A stretch of DNA of 64,000 bases from an uncultured Clostridiaceae bacterium. GTDB taxonomy: Bacteria; Bacillota; Clostridia; Tissierellales; Tepidimicrobiaceae. Every line of letters starts with the position of its first letter. The first letter of the stretch is position 1. The stretch covers positions 71,867 through 135,866 of the forward strand of contig CAZMBD010000001.1 of the NCBI GenBank assembly GCA_964564325.1. The letters are read 5' to 3'. The translations under genes and the position numbers were made by a program. The notes below the pieces were generated by a model. That model had not been told where the DNA came from, did not search any database, and was given only the letters and a program-made list of their open reading frames with translations. Positions 1 to 8,683 of the stretch are shown here, piece after piece.

Positions 1-2
1 AA

Positions 3-1100
3 TTATGATAAAGTAAATATCCCGCCTGCCAATTCTTTGATAAATCCTTTTAATTCTAATATTGTGAGAATACCATTTATAGTAGAAATATCCATTTCTG
101 TATTAGAAACAATTATATCACTATGAACAGGCCCTTCTTTAATAATTTCTAATATTTCAATTTCTAGATTACTTAATTCAGAATAATCTATTTCATTTAT
201 TTTTTGATCCTTCATTTTTTTCTGAAGTTCATATATTTCCTCAATTATATCATCAATATCCATTAATATTTTTGCACCATCTTTAATTAATTGGTTTGTA
301 CCTTTACTAAATATACTATTAATATTGCCAGGAAGCGCAAATACCTCTTTTCCCTGCTCTAATGCATGATAAGCTGTTATTAGCGAACCACTTTTTTCCT
401 TTGCTTCTATAACAATAATTCCTAAAGATAAACCACTAATCATTCTATTTCTTTGAGGAAAATTATAAGCTAATGGTGGAACACCTAAAGTATATTCGGT
501 TATAATTGCACCATTTTTAGGAATTTCCTCATATAGTGCACTATTTCTCTTTGGATAAATAGTATCTAATCCATTACCTAGAACACCAATAGTTCTCCCA
601 CCTTCCTCCAACGCAGCCCTATGTGCTATAGCATCAATCCCCAATGCTAATCCACTAACTATAGTTACATCCATATTTACCAATTCTTTTACAAATTTCT
701 CAGTTGCCCATTTGCCATAGGAAGTGGCTTTCCTAGAACCTACTATTGCAATGGCAAGTTGATCCTCTTTTTGAAATTCGCCTTTTCTATATAATACCTT
801 TGGGCTATCATATATATAATGTAAACTTTTCGGATAATCTTCATCAAGAATAGTAGTTATATCTATATTGTGTTTTTCTATTGAGTCAAATAATCTATTA
901 AAATATGTCTCATTTCGATTTTTAATTATTTTTTCCACTATCTTTGACTTTATTCCCTTTAAATCATAGAGTGAACTAACGTTCATAGTCCATATTTTGC
1001 TTATATCAGAAACTTGCTTTAAAGTTTTTTCAATATTTCTATTACCAATATTTAAGCTATTTAACCATATAAGAGTTTCCCTATTGGTAGGTATTTTCAT
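3..1100 (-). CDS. dprA: DNA-processing protein DprA (Smf)
   Basis: 365-aa ORF with DprA core motifs IAIVGSRKATSYG, GLALGIDAIAHRAAL and PQRNRMISGLS. A GGGGG SD lies just upstream inside the end of comM. Confidence 0.9.
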   Translation of the reverse strand: MKIPTNRETLIWLNSLNIGNRNIEKTLKQVSDISKIWTMNVSSLYDLKGIKSKIVEKIIKNRNETYFNRLFDSIEKHNIDITTILDEDYPKSLHYIYDSPKVLYRKGEFQKEDQLAIAIVGSRKATSYGKWATEKFVKELVNMDVTIVSGLALGIDAIAHRAALEEGGRTIGVLGNGLDTIYPKRNSALYEEIPKNGAIITEYTLGVPPLAYNFPQRNRMISGLSLGIIVIEAKEKSGSLITAYHALEQGKEVFALPGNINSIFSKGTNQLIKDGAKILMDIDDIIEEIYELQKKMKDQKINEIDYSELSNLEIEILEIIKEGPVHSDIIVSNTEMDISTINGILTILELKGFIKELAGGIFTLS

Positions 1101-1104
1101 TTTA

Positions 1105-2631
1105 CTACCCCCAGTATTTATTATCCAAAGTTCTATACCTTATAGCCTCCAATATATGTATTTCTGAAATTATATCTTTTTCATCTAAATCAGCTATAGT
1201 TCTGGCTACTTTTAGTATTTTATCATAGGATCTAGCACTAAATTTGTATTTATTGAAAGCTTTCTTAAATATACTCTCTGCCTCTGGTGTAAGTCTACAA
1301 TATTTTTTTATACTTCTAGACTCTAATTCTGAATTACTAAATATATTATCCTCTTTATATCTATGATATTGTATTTCTCTAGCTCTATTAACTCTATCTC
1401 TTATTTCTTTAGAGCCCTCTATCTTTCTGTTATCCTTTAGCTCCCTATAATTCACAGGCAATACCTCAATATGAATATCTATTCTATCTAATAAGGGATT
1501 ACTTATTTTCCCTAAATATCTATCTATACTAGCTTGAGAACAAGTACATTCGTGAAATGGATCCCCATAATATCCGCACGGACAAGGGTTCATGCTTGCA
1601 ATCATCATAAATTTAGCCGGATAAGTCAAAGTAGCATTTACCCTAGATATAGTTACAACGCCATCTTCCATAGGCTGCCTTAAGACTTCCAATACATTTT
1701 TATTAAACTCAGGTAATTCATCTAAAAAAAGAACCCCGTTGTGAGCTAAAGAAACTTCTCCAGGTCTAGGTACTCTACCACCACCAATTAGTGATGCAGC
1801 TGATGCAGTATGATGAGGATCTCTAAAGGGTCTTGTGTACATTAATTTATTGGAATCTAATAATCCAGCAACAGAGTATATTTTTGTTACTTCAATTGCT
1901 TCTTCAGAAGAAAGTTTTGGCAATATAGTAGGGAGCCTTTTAGCTGCCATAGTTTTCCCAGAACCAGGTGGCCCTAGAATTAACATATTGTGAGATCCAG
2001 CAGCTGCTACCTCTAAAGCTCTTTTTAATCCTTCTTGTCCTTTAATATCACTAAAGTCAATATTATATTTATCTTCCATATCTAAAGAAATGGATTTTCC
2101 TTTATATGGGAGAATGTCTTCTTCATGATTTAAATAATCTACAAGTTCTCGTAAATTTCTAACAGGTATTATATCTAAATCTTCCACTACAGATGCTTCA
2201 TCTCTATTTTCGTAGGGAATTATACATCTTTTAATACTATATTCTCGCATAGAAATTACCATAGGTAATACTCCTTCTACAGGATTTACTCGACCATCTA
2301 ATGCCAATTCGCCTATAAAAGCAGTATCTTCAAAACATTCCCCATATATATTTCCTATTGCCAATAAAATCCCTGTAGCTATAGCCAAATCTATCTGAGA
2401 ACCCTCTTTTTTAAAATTAGCTGGAACTAAATTTACTGTAATTCTATTTAGTGGAAATTCAAACCCACTATTTTTTATAGCAGTTCTAACTCTTTCTTTA
2501 GATTCTGTTATAGATGTATCTGGCAAACCTACTATTTGGAAAACTGGCATTCCCCTTGAAATATCAGTTTCCACTTCTACAATATACCCATTTAAACCTT
2601 GAAGTACACAGGTATTCACTTTTGAATACAT
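1105..2631 (-). CDS. comM: YifB/ComM family Mg-chelatase-like AAA+ ATPase
   Basis: Walker A GPPGSGKT and family-typical N-terminus MYSKVNTCVLQG. Start moved to ATG 2631, behind an AGGGGG SD; the track start at 2682 is an upstream extension. Confidence 0.9.
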   Translation of the reverse strand: MYSKVNTCVLQGLNGYIVEVETDISRGMPVFQIVGLPDTSITESKERVRTAIKNSGFEFPLNRITVNLVPANFKKEGSQIDLAIATGILLAIGNIYGECFEDTAFIGELALDGRVNPVEGVLPMVISMREYSIKRCIIPYENRDEASVVEDLDIIPVRNLRELVDYLNHEEDILPYKGKSISLDMEDKYNIDFSDIKGQEGLKRALEVAAAGSHNMLILGPPGSGKTMAAKRLPTILPKLSSEEAIEVTKIYSVAGLLDSNKLMYTRPFRDPHHTASAASLIGGGRVPRPGEVSLAHNGVLFLDELPEFNKNVLEVLRQPMEDGVVTISRVNATLTYPAKFMMIASMNPCPCGYYGDPFHECTCSQASIDRYLGKISNPLLDRIDIHIEVLPVNYRELKDNRKIEGSKEIRDRVNRAREIQYHRYKEDNIFSNSELESRSIKKYCRLTPEAESIFKKAFNKYKFSARSYDKILKVARTIADLDEKDIISEIHILEAIRYRTLDNKYWG

Positions 2632-2702
2632 TGAAATACCCCCTATTCCACTTATATTAGCTATTCCCTGGGCAATAAGCAAATTAAGCTATTTTCCAAT
2701 CT

Positions 2703-3059
2703 TTATCTACAAAATGCATTCTCTATATGATTAATTTTAGGTTCTTTTTGTAAATAAACCTGAATAATATCATATCTTATTTGATATTTACATAAATTTT
2801 TATGTTTCATATAAATATAAGAGGATTTAATAATTTTCTCTTGTTTTTTCCAATTAACAGCTTCATAGGGATATCCATAATTAAAATTAGTTCTAGCTTT
2901 AACTTCTATAAAAACTAAAATATTATCCTTTATAGCAATTATATCAATTTCTCCAATATTAGTACTATAATTTCTATCAATTATTTTATATCCTTTAGAC
3001 TTAAGATAATTTACTGCTATGTCTTCCCCCAGGGTTCCCTTTACTCTATTGTTTTTCAT
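2703..3059 (-). CDS. yraN: YraN family (UPF0102) putative endonuclease
   Basis: 118 aa with a GEIDIIA...FIEVKAR core typical of UPF0102. AGGGAG SD 7 nt upstream. Overlaps the upstream gene by 14 nt. Confidence 0.85.
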   Translation of the reverse strand: MKNNRVKGTLGEDIAVNYLKSKGYKIIDRNYSTNIGEIDIIAIKDNILVFIEVKARTNFNYGYPYEAVNWKKQEKIIKSSYIYMKHKNLCKYQIRYDIIQVYLQKEPKINHIENAFCR

Positions 3060-3345
3060 AGTAATCTCCCTTTTTCTTATCTAGTGAGTGAACAAATAAA
3101 ATAATTTCTGCCACTGCCTCGTATAGTTCTGGTGGTATTTCATCATATAATTCTAATTTCAATAAATCCTCTATTAAATTCCCATCCTCATATATTTGAA
3201 TCTTAGATTTTTCTCCTGTTTCAATTATTTTTTCAGCTATTTCGCCCTTCCCCTTGGCTATTACTCTTGGTGCAATATCTTCGTTTTCTTTATAGCTAAG
3301 GGCTACTGCCTTTTTGTTTTTATACTCATTATTTTTCATAATCAT
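3046..3345 (-). CDS. ylqH: FlhB C-terminal-domain-like protein (EscU/YscU/HrcU family fragment, YlqH-like)
   Basis: 99 aa, soluble. KKAVALSYKENEDIAPRVIAKGKGEIAEKI...IPPELYEAVAEIILFV matches the post-cleavage FlhB-CC subdomain. No TM segments and no NPTH site. ATGA overlap with the upstream ORF. Confidence 0.8.
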   Translation of the reverse strand: MIMKNNEYKNKKAVALSYKENEDIAPRVIAKGKGEIAEKIIETGEKSKIQIYEDGNLIEDLLKLELYDEIPPELYEAVAEIILFVHSLDKKKGDYYEKQ

Positions 3346-4820
3346 ACCTCTACATCTAAATAATAAACAGGATTTTTATTGACAATTAAAAAATCTAAAA
3401 TATTATTTTCTTGTTTTATAATATATTCTATATTTCCAAGAATATATCCTGTATTTAATATTGCAATTTCTAATTCCTTTTCTCTATTCTTAAATAAATC
3501 TACATCTTCTTTTTTAAGTCCACTAAATTGAATATTTATATTATCCGCTATAACCTCACAAGATATTTTCACATTTCCTAAATTATTAGTATTTAAATTA
3601 ATAAATATATTTATTTTACTCTTGGGATTATTTTCCTTTTTTCTATCTTTTAACAAGGTAATAGCATTCTCGTAATTATCATTTAAAAGCAATGGAATAT
3701 ATATAAAACTTAATTCATGATTAATTTCCTCTAAAAAATCCAACTTGTTTTGTAATTCATTTATCTTTTCTTTTGCAGTTTTATTTATAACTGATGAATT
3801 TTCATCAATGTATTCCATTGTTTTTTCTAGTATTATTTTATACTTAATATAGTTTTCTTCTATTATGTTTTTAAAGTTTCCACTATTAATCATAGCCTTT
3901 TTATCTAAAATTGTAAACTTTTCATATTTTAAGTTTTTTTGCAAAAACTCTAAATCTTTTAAAAATATATCGGAATTTTGATTTAATTCCAGAAAATATC
4001 TTATATTATTAATACTAGCTTTAATATCATATTTTACAAATAATGCAATAGTCTTTATTATATTTGAATCTATCTCTCGTTCAATATTTGTATTTATCTT
4101 AGTTTTTAAATCTTCTATAAAGAAAAAACTTTTGTTTTGCTTTTCATTTTCTTCAAACTTTAATGCTATATTAGTTTTATCAGTATCTATATTTTCCATT
4201 ATTTCTTTTGATTCACCTAGTTCATTCTTTACTAATTGATTTAAATTACCTTTATTTTCATCTTCTCTATTCTTAGGAAAAACAAGTAAATTTCTTATAT
4301 CAGCCTTCTGTATTTCTGATCCTTCTTCTAAATTAATTATCGTATGAGTATCTTCATTTGTATTCATTAACTGCTCTAATTTATTTAAAATTTTTAAACC
4401 TGATATAATGTTTTTTTCATTTACTGGTACATTATACTTCATTAAATTATTTAAATATTCAACAGATACAGTATCTTCTTCTATCCTGTATTCATTTAAT
4501 ATTTCAATTAAATAAGCATCTTTAGTTTGAATAGTTTTGAGATCATTTGCTTTTTCAACTAGGTTTAAAATTGGTTTTAAATGAATTTCATTTTGTGTTT
4601 TTGACTTAACTAAAAAACTTATTTCTTTTCCCATAAATTCATTTAATTCAATTTGAATATTTGCTTTTATTTTTCCAAAACCTTCTATATATATTAGGGC
4701 TTCTTGTTCTTCTATTTCTAATATTTCGCCTTCTAATATAGTGCCTTCTTTAAGAAAGTTTAATTTAGAATCTATAGGCAGATTGTCCATATATAAGATA
4801 TTAATATTATTGACTTCCAT
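3342..4820 (-). CDS. FliK-like protein (N/K/E-rich, C-terminal hook-length-control-type domain), function unknown
   Basis: 492 aa, low-complexity. The C-terminal about 100 aa (NLGNVKISCEVIADNINIQFSG...LEIAILNTGYILGNI) resemble the FliK C-terminal domain by eye. GGGGGA SD upstream. Translationally coupled to the FlhB-like ORF. Confidence 0.55.
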   Translation of the reverse strand: MEVNNINILYMDNLPIDSKLNFLKEGTILEGEILEIEEQEALIYIEGFGKIKANIQIELNEFMGKEISFLVKSKTQNEIHLKPILNLVEKANDLKTIQTKDAYLIEILNEYRIEEDTVSVEYLNNLMKYNVPVNEKNIISGLKILNKLEQLMNTNEDTHTIINLEEGSEIQKADIRNLLVFPKNREDENKGNLNQLVKNELGESKEIMENIDTDKTNIALKFEENEKQNKSFFFIEDLKTKINTNIEREIDSNIIKTIALFVKYDIKASINNIRYFLELNQNSDIFLKDLEFLQKNLKYEKFTILDKKAMINSGNFKNIIEENYIKYKIILEKTMEYIDENSSVINKTAKEKINELQNKLDFLEEINHELSFIYIPLLLNDNYENAITLLKDRKKENNPKSKINIFINLNTNNLGNVKISCEVIADNINIQFSGLKKEDVDLFKNREKELEIAILNTGYILGNIEYIIKQENNILDFLIVNKNPVYYLDVEV

Positions 4821-4841
4821 CTATTGTCCCCCTTCAATAGA

Positions 4842-5447
4842 TTATAAAATATTTTTCAAAAATGACTTTCTGTGTATAGGAGAAGGTCCAAGTTCTTTAA
4901 TTGCTTCTCTATGTTCTTTAGTACCATATCCCTTATTTTTATAAATTTTATATCCTGGATATTCCCTATCCCATTTTTCACATATTTTATCCCTATATAC
5001 TTTAGCCACAATAGATGCACATTGAATTCCATAAAATTTTTCATCACCTTTAATAATACTTTTTTGAGGTATATTAACAGGAATACTTTCAGCATCTATT
5101 AATAAATAATCTGGATTTATATTGTCACCATTTTTGTCCTTTAGATTTAAAACTGCCTCTTTCATTGCTAATTTAGTTGCCTCTTTAATATTTATTTCAT
5201 CTATAATATTGGGGCTAATTTCTCCAATACCAACTGCAATAACATTTTTCAAAATTATTTTATATAATTCTTCTCTTTTTTTAGGTGATAGTTTCTTTGA
5301 ATCCTTTATACCTGGGATTAGATTATTCCTAGGCATTATAATCGCACAAGCCACGACATCTCCAGCCAGTGAACCTCTGCCTACTTCATCTATGCATGCA
5401 ATAAAATTACACCCACTATTATATAATTCATTTTCTAGTTCTAACAT
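4842..5447 (-). CDS. rnhB: Ribonuclease HII
   Basis: DEVGRGSLAGDVVA catalytic motif, 201 aa, GGAGGG SD. Confidence 0.93.
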   Translation of the reverse strand: MLELENELYNSGCNFIACIDEVGRGSLAGDVVACAIIMPRNNLIPGIKDSKKLSPKKREELYKIILKNVIAVGIGEISPNIIDEINIKEATKLAMKEAVLNLKDKNGDNINPDYLLIDAESIPVNIPQKSIIKGDEKFYGIQCASIVAKVYRDKICEKWDREYPGYKIYKNKGYGTKEHREAIKELGPSPIHRKSFLKNIL

Positions 5448-5476
5448 TAAATATACCCTCCTATTATGTATTATAA

Positions 5477-6334
5477 CTATTTTGAATTTTCTGGAGGTAA
5501 TTCCAAGGTGATTTTTCCTAATTGACCTTTTCTAAAATCATCTAATAATAGATTGCTGGCTTTTAAAAAATCTATTTCACCCCCCTTTACCACACATCCT
5601 CTTTTACGACCAATTTCAATTATTATATCATAAGGTGATTTTTCAACTGTAGAAATATTGTATCGACTAGACAATATTTCGGTAGATATAGAATTTAATT
5701 TTTTTACTAATTCTAATGCCAATGTTTCTATATCTAATAATTCATCTTTAATAGCACCAGTAAATGCTAAGTTTAAAGCAATAGTCTTGTCTTCAAATTT
5801 AGGCCAAAGTATTCCAGGTGTATCTAGTAATTCTAAATTTCCTTTAATCTTAATCCATTGATTTGCCTTAGTTATTCCAGGTTTATTTCCCACTTTAGCA
5901 CCTTTTCTTTTAGACAAACTATTTATTAAAGTGGATTTTCCCACATTGGGAATACCTATTATTATGGCACGTATAGGTCTATTTTTAATGCCTTTTTTTT
6001 CTAATTTTTTCATCTTTTCTTCAGTTAATTTATAGGACATATCAATAATATCATTAATTCCATCATTATTTAAACTATTTACATTTACGGATTGAATACC
6101 TTTGTTTTCAAAATACTTTTCCCATAAATTATTTGCCATTTCATCAGCTAAATCCTTTTTAGCCATGATTAATAGTCTAGGTTTATCTCCAATTATATTG
6201 TCAGTTTCTGGATTTCTACTACTATATGGAATTCTTGCATCTATTATTTCATATACTATATCTACCATTGATAGACTTTTCTTTATAGATTCTTTAGTTT
6301 TTTTCATATGCCCTGGATACCAATTAATATTCAT
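5477..6334 (-). CDS. rbgA: Ribosome biogenesis GTPase A (YlqF)
   Basis: N-terminus NWYPGHM, then [12 protein letters not shown] and DTPGILWPK. Start set to ATG 6334, behind an AGGTGG SD; the track start is a GTG inside the SD. Confidence 0.92.
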   Translation of the reverse strand: MNINWYPGHMKKTKESIKKSLSMVDIVYEIIDARIPYSSRNPETDNIIGDKPRLLIMAKKDLADEMANNLWEKYFENKGIQSVNVNSLNNDGINDIIDMSYKLTEEKMKKLEKKGIKNRPIRAIIIGIPNVGKSTLINSLSKRKGAKVGNKPGITKANQWIKIKGNLELLDTPGILWPKFEDKTIALNLAFTGAIKDELLDIETLALELVKKLNSISTEILSSRYNISTVEKSPYDIIIEIGRKRGCVVKGGEIDFLKASNLLLDDFRKGQLGKITLELPPENSK

Positions 6335-6351
6335 AATACCCACCTACTTTT

Positions 6352-6386
6352 TTATAAATAAAATTGGGACTATAATAAGTCCCAAT
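6352..6386 (-). terminator. Intrinsic terminator downstream of rplS
   Basis: On the minus strand: ATTGGGACT-tattat-AGTCCCAAT followed by TTTATTTAT, starting 4 nt after the rplS stop. Confidence 0.7.
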
Positions 6387-6389
6387 ACA

Positions 6390-6737
6390 TTAATACATTT
6401 TCTTCTCTTTAACTTTAGCTGCTTTACCTTGTCTTTCTCTTATATAGTAAAGCTTAGCTCTTCTAGTACTACCTCTTCTTGTAACAACAATATTTTCAAC
6501 TCTTGGAGAATGTAAAGGGAAAGTTCTTTCAACACCAACGCCATAAGACAATCTTCTTACAGTGAAAGTTTCTCCTATTCCACCACCCTGTCTTCTTATA
6601 ACTGTTCCCTCAAAAATTTGTATTCTTTCTCGAGTACCTTCTTTAACTTTATAATGAACTTGAACAGTATCACCTACACTGAATTCAGGTAAATTTTCCT
6701 TCTTTTGTTCATCCTCTAATATTTGAATTATATTCAT
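6390..6737 (-). CDS. rplS: 50S ribosomal protein L19
   Basis: 115 aa, typical L19 sequence ([11 protein letters not shown]...[13 protein letters not shown]). Confidence 0.97.
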   Translation of the reverse strand: MNIIQILEDEQKKENLPEFSVGDTVQVHYKVKEGTRERIQIFEGTVIRRQGGGIGETFTVRRLSYGVGVERTFPLHSPRVENIVVTRRGSTRRAKLYYIRERQGKAAKVKEKKMY

Positions 6738-6766
6738 GATTTTGCCTCCCTTCCCCTAAGTGTTCT

Positions 6767-6785
6767 TGCTATACTAAATATAGCA
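6767..6785 (-). promoter_or_regulatory. Hairpin in the rplS 5' UTR (possible L19-leader-type element)
   Basis: Perfect 7-bp inverted repeat tgctata/tatagca with a 5-nt loop, inside an about 75-nt leader between the promoter and the GGGAGG SD. Assignment to the L19 leader family has not been verified. Confidence 0.35.
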
Positions 6786-6815
6786 GAGGACCACCCGTAA
6801 TTCCATACGTTCTGT

Positions 6816-6844
6816 ATTATAGCACAGGAGTATGTTAAATTCAA
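6816..6844 (-). promoter_or_regulatory. Sigma-A-type promoter for rplS
   Basis: Minus strand TTGAAT-17 nt-TATAAT with a TGc extended -10. The -35 overlaps the trmD stop codon. Confidence 0.65.
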
Positions 6845-7581
6845 CTATTTTTATTTTTTATTTTAGCTTTTATTTCTTTCAACAATTCCTCTTCACTAGG
6901 GCTTAAATTTTGTTTTTTTAATAAATCTGGTCTCTTCATATAAGTAATCTCCAGGGATTTGTATTTCTTCCATTCTTCTATTTTTTTATGATCCCCAGAT
7001 AATAATATTTCTGGTACTTCCAAATTGTTAAACACCCTAGGTCTTGTATATTGTGGATATTCTAATAGTCCATTATAATGAGATTCCTCAGTAAAAGATT
7101 CTTCACTACTTAATGCACCTGGCAATAATCTTATTATAGATTCTATTAAAACCATAGCTGGCAATTCCCCACCTGTTAATACATAATCTCCTATAGAAAT
7201 CTCCATATCAATATAATTATCTATTATTCTATTATCTATACCCTCATAATGACCACATAATAATATTAAATGTTCTTCTTGAGATAGTAATTTTGCCATT
7301 TTTTGATTATAGGGTTTTCCTTGAGGAGATAAGTATATGGTTTTTGAATTATCCTTTTTTACACTATTTAATGCATCATAAATGGGCTCTGGTTTCATTA
7401 CCATACCTGGCCCACCACCATAGGGATAGTCATCTACCTGCTTATGTTTATCTTTACTAAAATCTCTAATATTAATTGGCTCCAAAGTTAGTATACCTTT
7501 TTCAATAGTTCTTCCAACTATACTCCAGTCCTTAAACACAAAAAAAAGTTCTGGAAATAAAGTCAATACATGAATTTTCAT
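6841..7581 (-). CDS. trmD: tRNA (guanine37-N1)-methyltransferase
   Basis: CGHYEGIDNR and GGELPAMV motifs. ATGA overlap with rimM. Confidence 0.96.
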   Translation of the reverse strand: MKIHVLTLFPELFFVFKDWSIVGRTIEKGILTLEPINIRDFSKDKHKQVDDYPYGGGPGMVMKPEPIYDALNSVKKDNSKTIYLSPQGKPYNQKMAKLLSQEEHLILLCGHYEGIDNRIIDNYIDMEISIGDYVLTGGELPAMVLIESIIRLLPGALSSEESFTEESHYNGLLEYPQYTRPRVFNNLEVPEILLSGDHKKIEEWKKYKSLEITYMKRPDLLKKQNLSPSEEELLKEIKAKIKNKNS

Positions 7582-8093
7582 TCTATCATTCCTTCAATAG
7601 GATCGATAATTATTTTTTTATTAGCTACATCTATTAGAACAAAAAATTCTTTAACAGCTGGAATCAGATATTCTTTCTGATCCCTCATATCTTTTACAAC
7701 ATAAACATCATTACCAGCTGATTGAATTACCTCTATTACAGTTCCAATAAGAATGTTACTAGTATCATATACCTTGCAACCAATTATATCGAATATAAAA
7801 TAGTGTTTTTCTGGTAAATCCACTCTTCCATCCATATCCACATAAATAAACTCTTCTTTAAAATGCAAAACTTCATTAATATCATTGAATTCTTTAAATT
7901 TCAGTATAGCAAAATTTTTATGATATTTTACATTTTGTATCTCTACTTTTATCTTTTCCTCTCCTAAAAAAGCAGTTTTCAGATGGTCAAATCTATATAT
8001 ATTGTCAGTTAAGGGATATATTTTTAATTCACCTTTTATACCATGAGTATTTACTATTTTCCCAATTTGCACATAGTCCAATGCCATCCTCAC
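7578..8093 (-). CDS. rimM: 16S rRNA processing protein RimM
   Basis: HGIKGELKI motif followed by a PRC-barrel C-terminus. Start ambiguous between GTG 8093 and ATG 8087. Confidence 0.9.
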   Translation of the reverse strand: MRMALDYVQIGKIVNTHGIKGELKIYPLTDNIYRFDHLKTAFLGEEKIKVEIQNVKYHKNFAILKFKEFNDINEVLHFKEEFIYVDMDGRVDLPEKHYFIFDIIGCKVYDTSNILIGTVIEVIQSAGNDVYVVKDMRDQKEYLIPAVKEFFVLIDVANKKIIIDPIEGMIE

Positions 8094-8132
8094 CTACCCT
8101 TTAGAATAAAGGGATTAGTTTTCTAATCCCTA

Positions 8133-8363
8133 CTATTGAATAATTTCAACTACTACCCTTTTGTTTTCCTTAATAGCTGCTGCTTTCACTACAGTTCTTA
8201 TAGCTTTTGCAATTCTACCTTGTTTTCCTATTATCTTACCCATATCTTCCTCTGCGACTTTTAATTCAATGATTACAGATTGAGTACCTTCAATCTCATT
8301 AACTTCTACTTGGTCTGGATTATCTACAAGTGCCTTAGCTATTGTCTCTACTAACTCTCCCAT
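8133..8363 (-). CDS. ylqC: KH-domain RNA-binding protein (YlqC family)
   Basis: KIIGKQGRIAKAIRTV KH motif. Start set to ATG 8363, 6 nt after an AGGAGGTG SD. Confidence 0.9.
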   Translation of the reverse strand: MGELVETIAKALVDNPDQVEVNEIEGTQSVIIELKVAEEDMGKIIGKQGRIAKAIRTVVKAAAIKENKRVVVEIIQ

Positions 8364-8382
8364 TTCTAGCACCTCCTTGAAA

Positions 8383-8655
8383 TTATTCTTCTACACTGTT
8401 CTCATTAATCTTAGCATATATATTGTTTTCTCTAAACAATCTATCTACAGTATCTGTTGGTTTTGCTCCATTTTGTAACCATTTTGTAGCTTTTTCATCA
8501 TCTATCTTAACTGTTTTAGGTTCAGTTAATGGATTATAATAACCAATTTCCTCAATAAATCTCCCATTTCTTGGAGAACGAGAATCAGCAACTACTATTC
8601 TATAGAAAGGATCCTTCTTAGCTCCCATTCTTTTTAATCTAATTTTAACTGCCAT
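8383..8655 (-). CDS. rpsP: 30S ribosomal protein S16
   Basis: [35 protein letters not shown]. Confidence 0.97.
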   Translation of the reverse strand: MAVKIRLKRMGAKKDPFYRIVVADSRSPRNGRFIEEIGYYNPLTEPKTVKIDDEKATKWLQNGAKPTDTVDRLFRENNIYAKINENSVEE

Positions 8656-8683
8656 TTTTTCACCTCCTTTTAAAAACTATCTA

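Noticed and set aside
4741-4944. 67-aa plus-strand ORF bridging the FliK-like gene start and the rnhB 3' end.
   Set aside because: It is antisense to two genes and their junction, with no SD and a hydrophobic shadow-frame composition.
5122-6515. Plus-strand ORFs of 129, 67 and 137 aa antisense to rnhB, rbgA and rplS.
   Set aside because: Same shadow-frame signature. Each is fully covered by a recognisable minus-strand gene.
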